Under the pieces are notes generated by a model. That model was not told where the DNA came from. It saw only the letters and a program-made list of their open reading frames with translations, and ran no database searches. Below, in pieces: positions 54,551-64,000 of a stretch of 64,000 nucleotides of DNA; position 1 is the stretch's first letter; every line of letters begins with the position of its first letter. This DNA is from the human T2T-CHM13v2.0 reference genome, Homo sapiens: the NCBI RefSeq assembly GCF_009914755.1, contig NC_060935.1; one strand, 5' to 3'. Made by a program: the position numbers and the translations under genes.

Positions 54551-55477
54551 TAACCAGCTAATAAATCTGGCATGTTGATCCCCATCTGATGCTTCAATCT
54601 ACTTCTCATGGGCTCCTCTGTTACAATACAAGTTCTCCAAAAGGAGAACAAATTCTCTTTTTGTTCACTGATGTCTCCCCACCTGCCTGGATCACAGCCT
54701 GGCACACAGGAGGTGCTCAGTAGTTGTTTAACAAATTAATGAGCTAACAGGGAGAAGGGACATGATTAGCACCTCAGAAACCTCAGTCATTTCCTCCAGA
54801 CAGAATGGGCTCTCCCTCCTTCATGCTCCCTAACACCTCCTCCTATAGCATTTAACACGTTGTCATCATTTGGCACAGAACCTGTCTCTCATATTTGACT
54901 TGGAACTTCCCAAGGACAGAGATTTTGTCTTCTACTTATCTTTGTTTCCCTAATGCCGAACAGCATGAGGACTGACCCCTAGAAGATGCTTAAAAATAAT
55001 AGCTGAATGAATGAGAAAGAAAAGCAATGTAATAATATCACACTTTAGCTGCCTTCTTTTACTACTAATGCCAGAGATTCGTCTGTTTTAAAGTTAGAAT
55101 GTATGATTAATGAATCACTCCCAAGCTTTTTCCAGAATTGAAAAGAGAAGGAATGGAAAAACAAGATAAGCCAAAAGGAAAAGCCCAATGGACAAATGTA
55201 GACAGCGACTCTTGGCAACTGTACTTGAAATCCAAGAAGCCTGTGCCATTCAAAAGGAAGGGTGTAAAGTTTTTTGAGGATTTGCTAAAATTATCAAAAC
55301 TACGATTCCAAAAAGGAAAATAAGAGGACCGAAGGAAGTAAGACTAGAAGCTATTAAAACTTTAAAGAATTATAAGAATGGCAAATATGTGGTAATTGTG
55401 ACAAATAATTTCCCCCACCCTCCTCATTCACCCCTTCACCTGCCATCCTTGGTAGACATCACCAATGAATCCAAATA

Positions 55478-55779
55478 CAATCGTGCATGGCATCATGACA
55501 TTCCAGTCAACAATGGCCTGCATATATGACAGTGGTCCCATAAGATTATATATAATACCTTAATTTTGCTGTGCCTTTTCTATGTTTTATATATGTTTAG
55601 ACACTCAAATATTTACAGTTGTTATAATTACCTACATTATTCAGTACAGCAAGATGCCGTACAGTTTTGTAGCCTAGGAGCCTACACACCATATAGCCTA
55701 GGTGCATAGTAAGTTATACCATCTAGGTTTCTCAGAGTACTTTCTATGATGTTTGCTGTCGTTAAGCAACACATGACTG
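55478..55779 (+). mobile_element. Tigger3/MER7-like DNA transposon
   Basis: TA TSD; ends caatcgtgc and gcaacacatgactg; internal gtggtcccataagattata. Confidence 0.8.
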
Positions 55780-58171
55780 TATTTGTTTCTATCAAGGACT
55801 CGAAGTCCTTCCCAGTCAGTGTGGTCAAGAATTATATTTGTTACTTGGTCTAGATCAAGAGTTCCCAAACTTGAATGAACTTCAGACTCACCTGGGGAGC
55901 TCCTTAAACATTCAAATGCCTAATCCAGCTTTCCAGAGGTCCTCTTAGGGGTTGGAGTGGGGCACAGGAATCTGAGTGCTTAAAAGTCTTCCTGTGAGGA
56001 GGATCCTGGGGAGGAAAAGCCTTTCCTCCGCCCTCTTAGGTTCAGTACTTAGGAGTCTGTGAATTAAACTGACAATAGGAGGTGGAACAAGATGGCCAAA
56101 TAGAACCCTCCAGCAATCATCCCTCCTGTCCCTCCACAGGAATACTAAATCGAAAAACTATCCACACAAGAAAGCACCTTCATTAGAATAAAAAATCAGG
56201 TGAGCAATCACAGTACTTGGTTTTTACATCATCCATCCCAGGAGCTGGAAACTGAGTTCTAGCTATCCCCACCAGCACGGGCTAAAGTACTCTGGTGCCC
56301 TAAATAAACTTGAAAGGCAGTGTAGGCCATAAGGACTGCAGTTCCTTGGAAAGTCCTGGTGCTGTGTTGTGCTGGGACCGTGGATTTGGGCTGCATTTGA
56401 CCCCGTGAGACACCACTCCAGGCAGTGCAGCTCCCAGCTCTGGGAAGAAAGGCAAGAGTAAAGGGGACTTGGTCTTGCAACTAGAATACCAGCTCAGCTA
56501 CAGTAAATAAAGCACCAAGCAGAATCCTAAGGCCCCCATTCCAGGCCCTAGTTCCCAGATGACATTTCTAGACCCACTCTGGGCCAGAGGAGAACCCATT
56601 GTCCTGAAGGAAAGATTCCAGTCGTGGCAGAATTTAGCACCTGCTGACTGAAAAGCCCTTGGGCCTTGAATAAACATCAGCTGGAGCCAGGAAGCAGTCA
56701 CCACAGGTCTTGGACAAGATCTAGCATGATGCTGGCTTCAGGTGTGACACAGCACATTCCCAGCTGTTGTGGCCATGGGGAAAGATTCCTTCTGCCTGAG
56801 AAAAGGAGAGGGAAGAGTAAAAAGGACTTTGTCTTGCAACTTGGGTACCAGCTCAGCCACAGTAAAATAAAGCAACAAGCAGACCCCTAAGGTCCCTGAT
56901 TCCAGGCATTCCCTCCTGGAGGGAATTTCTAGACCCACCCTGAGCCAGAAGGGAATCTGCTGCACTGCTCAGTCCTGGCAGGATTTATTACCTAGTGAAT
57001 AAAGAGCCCTTGGGCCTTGCATAAACATCAGCAGAAGTCAGGAAATTGTTGCCACAGGACTTGAGCAAGACCCAGTACTGTGCTGGCTTCAGGTGTGACC
57101 CAGCACAGTCCCAGCAGTGGTAGCCATGAGAGTGCTTGCATCACCCCTCCCCTAACTCCAGGCAGCTCAGCATAGAGAGAGAGAGAGTTTGGGGGAAAGT
57201 AAGGGAAGAAACCAGGAGTCTTGCCTGTTAATCCAAGGAATTCTCCCGGATCTTCCCCAAGACCACCAAGGTGGTACCTCTACAAGTCTGCAACAGTCAC
57301 AGCATTACTGGGCTTGGGGTGCCTCCTAATACAGATAAAGCTACAGTGACCAAAGACTTAGTTCACAACACTCAGTTCTCTTTGAATACTTGGAAAGCCC
57401 CCCAAGAAGGATGAGTACAAACAAGCCCAGACTGTGAAGACTACAATAAATATCTGACTCTTCGATGCCCAGACATTGAAGATTGTGGATTATGGATTGA
57501 TTAACATCCACAGCCATCAAGATCATTCAGGAAAACATAACCTCACCATAACTAAATAAGGCACCAGTGATCAATCCCAGAGTGACAGAAATATGTGATC
57601 TTTCAGACAGAGAGTTCAAAATAGCTGTTTTTTGAGAAAACTCAATGAAATCCAAGATAACACAGATAAAGAATTCAGAATCCTATCAGACAACTTTAAC
57701 AGAGAGATTGAAATAATTAGAAAGAATTGAGCAGAAATTCTGGATCTGAAAAATTCAACTGGCAAACCGAAAAATGCATCAGAATCTCTCAGTAGCAGAA
57801 TTGATCAAGCAGAAGAAAGGATTAGTAAGCTTGAAGACAGGCTATTTGAAAATACATAGAGGATTCAAAAGAAAAAAGAATAAAGCATGCTTACAGGATC
57901 TAGAAAATAACCTCAAAGGGACAAATCTAATAGTTACTTGCCTTAAAGAGGAGGCAGACAGAGATAGAGACTGAAGTAGAAAGTTCATTCAAAAATATAG
58001 TAATAGAGAACATCTCAAACCTAAAGAAAGATGTCCATATTCAAATACAAGGAAGTTATAGAACACCAAGCAGATATAATCTAAGTAAGAGTACCTCAAG
58101 GCATTAGTAATCAAATTCCCAAAGGTCAAGGATAAAGAAAGGATCCTAAAAGCAGCAAGAGAAAAGAAATA

Positions 58172-58636
58172 ACTAACAATTCCACTGCTTGATGTATACT
58201 CCAAAGAAAGGAAATCAGCATATCAAAAGATATTTGCACTGTGTTCATGCAACACTATTTAAAATAACCAAGATTTGGAATCAAGTGAATCAACCTTGGT
58301 GTCCATCAACAGATGAATGGATAAAGAAAATGGGTGCATAAACACAGTGGAGTACTATTCCAACATAAAAAAGATAAGATCCTGTCATTTGCAACAGCAT
58401 GGATGCAACTAGAGAGTATTAGTCCGTTTTCATGCTGCTGATAAAAACATACCCAAGATTAGGCAATTTACAAAAGAAAGAGGTTTCTTGGACTTACAGT
58501 TCCACATGGCTGGGGAGGCCTCAAAATCATGGCAGAAGGCAAGGAGGAGCAAGTCACATCTTACATAGATGGCAGCAGGCAAAGAGAAAATTTGTGCAGA
58601 GAAACTCCCATTTTTAAAACCATCAGATCTCGTGAG
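58172..58636 (+). repeat. 465-bp copy of 59338-59803 inserted into L1 ORF1
   Basis: Near-identical sequence; ORF track shows twin peptides at 58432 and 59599 (MLL.KTY.RLGNL.KKEVSWTYSSTWL). Confidence 0.95.
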
Positions 58637-59582
58637 AAATAATATAGAAAGGAGCTTCAATATGTCTGGCAGCAGATTTCTCAGTGGAAACTTTACAAGC
58701 CAAGAGACAGTGACATGATATATTTAAAATACTGAAGGAAAGAACTTTTATCCTGGAATATAATATTCAACAAAAATACCCTTCAAACATGAAGTAAAGA
58801 CTTCCCCAGACAAACAAAACCTAAAAGATTTTTATCAACACCAGACCTATCCTATAAGAAATGCTAAAAGCAGTTCTTCAGTCTGCCTAGCAAAAGAAGC
58901 AATCAACAAAGTGAAAAGACAACCCACAGAATGGGAGAAAATATTTGCAAACTATCCATCAGTCAAGGGGTTAATAACCAGAATATATAGGGCACTTAAA
59001 TAAATCAATAGGAAAAAAATCTAATAATCACATTTTTAGATAGGCAAAAGATCTGAATAGACATTTCTCAAAAGAAGACCTACAAATGGTAAATAGGTAT
59101 ATAAAAATATGCTCAACATTTTGATCATCAGAGAACTGCAAATCAAAACTACTGTGAGATTTCCTCTCACCCCAGTTAAAATGACCTTTATCCAAAAGAC
59201 AGGCAATAACAAATGCTGGTGAGGTTGTGGAGAAAGGGTAACCTCTGTATACTGTGAGTGGGAGTATAAATTAGAACAGCCTCCATGGAGAACGATATGG
59301 AGGTTCCTCAAAAAACTAAAATAGAACTACCATATGCACTAACAATTCCACTGCTGGATATATACTCCAAAGAAAGGAAATCAGCATATCAAAGAGATAT
59401 TTGCACTGCCATGTTCATGCAACACTATTTAAAATAACCGAGATTTGGAATTGAGTGAATCAACCTCAGTGTCCATCAACAGTTGAATGGATAAAGAAAA
59501 TGGGTGCATATACACAGTGGAGTACTATTCCATCATAAAAAAGGTGAGATCCTGTCATTTGCAACATGGATGCAACTAGAGA

Positions 59583-59947
59583 GTATTAGTCCGCTTTCAT
59601 GCTGCTGACAAAAACATACCGAAGACTGGGCAATTTACGAAAGAAAGAGGTTTCTTGGACTTACAGTTCCACATGGCTGGAGAGACCTCAAAATCATGGC
59701 AGAAGGCAAGGAGGAGCAAGTCACATCTTACCTAGATGGCAGCAGGCAAAGAGAAAATTTGTGCAGAGAAACTCCCATTTTTAAAACCATCAGATCTCAT
59801 GAGTCCCATTCACTATCACAAGAACAGCATGGGAAAGACCCACCCCCATGATTAAATTGTCTCCCACTGGGTCCCTCCCACATCATGTGGGAATTATGGG
59901 AGCTACAAGATGAGATGTGGGTGGAGACACAGAGCCAAACCATATCA
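59583..59947 (-). mobile_element. THE1 solo LTR inside the L1 3' region
   Basis: gtattagtccgctttcatgctgctg...agagccaaaccatatca. Confidence 0.88.
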
Positions 59948-61929
59948 TGAAGAAAATTATGTTAAGTGAAATAAGCCAAGCACAGAAAGACAAACTTCAC
60001 ATTTTCAATTGTGGGAGCTAAAAATTAAAACAATTGAACTCATGGAGAAAGAGAATAAAATGATGGTTATGAGAGTGTGGGAAGGGTACTAGGGAAGGAG
60101 GAGGAACGGTGATGGGTAATGGGTACAAAAATACAGTTCAATACAATAAATAAGATCTAGCAGTTAACAGCACAACAGGGTGACTACAGTCAGCAATAAT
60201 TTGTTGTACATTTTAAATAACTGACGTACGACAATTGAAATGTTCATAACACAAAGAAATGAGAAGTGCTTGAGGTGATGGATACACCATTCACCCTGAT
60301 GTGATTATTACATATTGTACACCTGTATCAGACTATTTCATGTTCCCCATAAATATTAAAATTAATTTTTTAAATGATGAGACTGGGATTTGAACCCATT
60401 GGAAAAAAGACATAAACTGACAATAGATTAGCAAGAGAAAAAACAAACTTAATTACACACTGGAGTTTACAAAGAAATGTGACCCAAGGAGGTGGTTAGA
60501 ATTTGGGGTTTACATACTATCTTAATAGGGAAAGGAAAGAGAAAGGGCACTTAAGGGAAAACAAATGGCTATTTGGAAAGATAAATGGGCCCTCAGGGGA
60601 AGAGATGAGAGATATGACAGTTTTGTGACAATATCTGTGTGTGGTGCTGACTTCTCATCTCCAGTGATAAGAATCAATCTTCCCAAGTTTCCCCCAGGGA
60701 GGGAATTTATAACAATCGAATTCTGTTGGGAGGCTCTGCTTTTAATCAGATAGAAGATTTCAGGAACCAAATGCCTTTAGCTCAAAATAATTTTTATGCT
60801 ACAATGATGTATTATGGACCCCTTCAAGTGTTTTATCACTGACGTGGTTTAGAATTGCAGATGCGTGGTGATCATAAAAAACAGAACAACTTTTAATCCT
60901 TTGTATTATTGTTTGTAAAATCTCTACAGAAAATACACTCACTCATTGCTCACCCCATCTTTAATACCCACTGCAGAGCACTCAGCTCCTTTTTTATTAA
61001 CCTGTCATTGGCATAGGCTGGAAGCTCCATGAAGTCAAAGGACCCATCTGTTTTTCACCTTCACCATTGCATCCCCAGCACCTAGCAAAGCCTGGCACAG
61101 TGTAGGCTCTTAATAATGTCTGTTCAATGAAGGAAGGAAGGAGCCAACTCAGGTGTGGGTATGACAGTCCTAGGTACCCTTAGACAACTCGACCCACCCC
61201 AACTGTGCCTAACTCCCAGGCACCTGTCCATGAACTGGCATGGTCCTCAAATGAATTCATAATGAACGGAGAACAGTAAGAACAAGGCAATTCATTTTTT
61301 GTTCATCTAAGTTTATTTTAAAAAATTCAGAGATTATGATTGCATATGTATGTGTGTGTCATTGTACTTTTCTTATACTATATGGTAATACAGAATTGCA
61401 CACGTAGCTGCTGAGCACTTGAAATGTGGCTCACCAAATCGAAATGCAATGTAAGTGCAGAACACATGCAGATCTCAAAGGCTTAGTATATTTTAAAAAG
61501 CCACATCAATATTTTTATTATTCCATTTTGAAATTAGAATATTTTAGACATGTTGGATTAATCAAAATATATACTTTTAATAAAAATTGTAAACCTTCCT
61601 GTGATGCCAATGATTAGCAAAATCTGACTACAACTGAAGTTGAAGACTAGAGAGTGAATTCAGAAAAGAACCTCAGGCACTATCTGACTATCTGAATTAA
61701 GAAGGCTGAACTGCTGAAAAACATTTTATAGACACCATCTTCCTCAGTACTTTTCAATCCAAGTTTTGTGACCTACAAGCATGTCACCAGTGCTTTGTTA
61801 CTAAAAATCATTAAAATTAAGTTTGAGAATTAATTTCCTTTTAATAAAATATAGCATAGTCAAGGATACTTTCTTACCAAAGTTATTTTCTCGCTTACAT
61901 ACCAATATCCATTCTTTTTTCCTTGTTAA

Positions 61930-63820
61930 AATAGATGATTTTGTTTCAGAATTGTGTTAAATTTACAGTAAAATTCCAAAGATAGTACAGAGACTTCTCA
62001 TAGGCTCTGCACCCAGTTTTCATTATTAACATCTTATATTAGTATGGCACATTGGTCACAGTTAGTGTTATCATATTTATACATTATTATCAACTAAGGT
62101 CCATAATACCTTATTCCTGTTTCCTTAGTTTTTCTCTAGTGTCTTTTGTTTTTGGTCCAGGATCTAATCCAGGATAGCACATTACTTTTAGTCATCATGT
62201 TTTCTTAGGTTTCTTTTGAAATTACTGCAGTAATTTCTCAGACTTTTCTTGTTTTCTATGACCTTGGCAGTTGTGAGGAAAACTGGTCAGGTATTTTGTA
62301 GAATGGTCATCAAATGGAATGCGCCCAGTACTTTTGTCATGATTGTTAGACTGGGAGCTATGGTCTGAATTTTTGTGTCTCCCCAAAAACCCATATGTTG
62401 CAATCCTCACCCAAAGGTGATGGTATAATATTAGGAGGTAGGGTCTTTGGGAGTATAGAATCCCCTTGGCTCTCTGAAGTTTCACCAAAAAAAAAAATTC
62501 AACTTGCAAAAAGCAGATTAACTGGAGAAAAAAAACATATTCATTTATTTAACATGTGTTCACAGGAGCCTTCAGAATAAAGACCCAAAGATACAGAGGA
62601 AATTGTCAATTTTCATGCTTAGGTTCAACAAACTATAAACAGCTGTGTAGAAATACCATTGGACAAAATAGGTATTATCTAATGCGAATAGACTGAGGGG
62701 GAAACCCAGCAAGACCTATCTCTCTAGATTCTTCTTGGCCTCTGAGCATTCATTTGGTCCTTCTGGGTATGGGTAGGGTCCTCTTTTGACCTATAGTTAA
62801 ACGAGGTATATCAGATAATTGCTTTATGGCCAGTTTTTACCCAGAAAGGTAGAGGATAAATTAGACTAATATTTTTAGGTTTTACAGCTGACTTTGAAGA
62901 AAAGGAGTTCTGGTTTCTATGACCTGTCCTGGGGAAGAGGGATTCTATTTTCTGTGGCTAAAGATAGCCTTGGGGGAGAATGGGACTGAGAACAGGAGGG
63001 CAAGAGAAGGTCAGACAAAAACTTTTGCTTCTGAGGCTACTTCAGAGAACTTCATTTTGGGGAACTGTTTTCTAAGCCCCAACAGGTTATTATGTTATGG
63101 GGGCACAGCCCTTGTGAATGGAAATAGTGCCCTTATAAATAAAAAAGGCCAAAGAGAGGCCACTTGCCCATTTTACTTTGTAAGGTTGCAATGAGAAGAT
63201 GGCTGCCTGTAAAGCAGAAAGCAGACCCTCACCAGATCACCAAATCTGCTTTGTCTTGATTGGACTTCCCAGCCTCAGAACTGTGAGAAACAAATTTCTG
63301 TTGTTTATAAGCCACTCAATTTATGGTATTTTGTTATAGCAACCAAACGGATATTGGGGTTATGTGTTTTGGGCGAAAAGACATTGGGGTTATGTGTTTT
63401 GGGGGTTCTGTGTTTTGGGGCAAACAACATTGGGGTTATATGTTTTGGGGGTTATGTCTTTTCAGGGGAAAGACATTGGGGTTATATGTTTTGGGGGTTC
63501 TGTGTTTTGGGGCAAACGACATTGGGGTTATATGTCTTGGGGATTATGCGTTTTCAGGGGAAAGACATTGGGGTTATGTGTTTTGGGGAAAAAAGATCAC
63601 AGAGGTCAAGGGCCATTCTCAGCACAACATGGCAAGCATTGCTTTATCAGCTTTTCATGGATGATGTTGACCTTGGTCATCTGGCTGAGGTAGTATTTGC
63701 CAGGTTTCTCCACTGTGAAGTTACTCTTTGTTTCCCCCTTTTCATACTGTAGTCCTTGGAAGGAAGTCAACATGCACAGCACACACTTAAGGAATGGGAA
63801 GACAAATTTTAGGAGCTCCA
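61930..63820. mobile_element. Nested cluster: antisense L1MC-like host, MLT1/MST LTR (about 62358-63350), ERV1 MER39-like LTR (62454-63084)
   Basis: The host sequence resumes after each insertion. Confidence 0.7.
63349..63592 (+). repeat. G-rich minisatellite (15-16 bp subunit, 46-bp unit, 92-bp higher-order dimer)
   Basis: Repeats of gacattggggttat(g/a)tgttttggggg..., alternating ends ttttggggcaaac and ttttcaggggaaa. Confidence 0.92.
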
Positions 63821-64000
63821 TTTTTTAGAAAAAAGGGAGGTAATGGCAGATTAAATAACTGTCTCTATATTTCTAGGTTATTAATTTGCAAAGCCAAGAT
63901 TTAAATAACCCATGCTTGATAAAAAGGTTTTTCTCATGGTCTTTTGGGAAGCCAGTGGTAACTCACTTACAACACAATTCACTGTAGAAATTCCCCATAT

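Larger units (their letters stand above)
56079..60412 (+). mobile_element. Originally full-length L1 (L1MA/L1PB-like) with internal ORF2 deletion, THE1 insertion and internal duplication
   Basis: 5' start gaggtggaacaagatggcc, tandem 5'UTR monomers (about 56445-56765 and 56803-57115), ORF1 relic, jump to ORF2 C-terminus near 58885, L1MA-type 3'UTR, 14-bp TSD taaactgacaatag (56065-56078 and 60413-60426). Confidence 0.88.
55993..60826 (-). mobile_element. ERV1 (MER34/MER39-like) LTR split by the L1 insertion (parts 55993-56078 and 60413-60826)
   Basis: LTR motifs resume after the L1; ends ...gcctttagctcaaaataatttt...ccccttca. Confidence 0.7.

Noticed and set aside
56445-57115. About 360-bp period direct repeat in the L1 5' region
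   Set aside because: Tandem monomers are a normal feature of older L1 5'UTRs; not counted as a local templated duplication.
63323-63752. Repetitive ORFs and a superficially CRISPR-like repeat pattern
   Set aside because: The inter-repeat sequences are themselves repeated, with no unique spacers. Eukaryotic context, no cas genes. It is a minisatellite.

Overview
Human (primate) genomic DNA. The window holds the first coding exon of PAMR1 (minus strand, signal peptide MELGCWTQLGLTFLQLLLISSLPR, 14298-14370), its CpG-rich promoter, about 14 kb of intron 1 (1-14297) and about 50 kb of upstream intergenic DNA. From memory the locus is chr11p13, on the FJX1 side. The rest is mostly interspersed repeats: Alus (including a young AluYb8-type copy), L1 remnants, L2/MIR, MaLR and ERV1 solo LTRs, an ERVL pol remnant and DNA transposons, often nested. 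No other protein-coding gene, RNA gene or CRISPR-like array is supported, and I cannot claim a new gene system. The most unusual unexplained signal is a set of at least seven short (55-465 bp), locally templated duplications. They are direct, inverted or fold-back and lie 0-2 kb from their source. There are also two L1 insertions with candidate 3' transductions bracketed by target-site duplications (TSDs). Repeat subfamily names and percent identities are by eye or from memory and need RepeatMasker and alignment confirmation.
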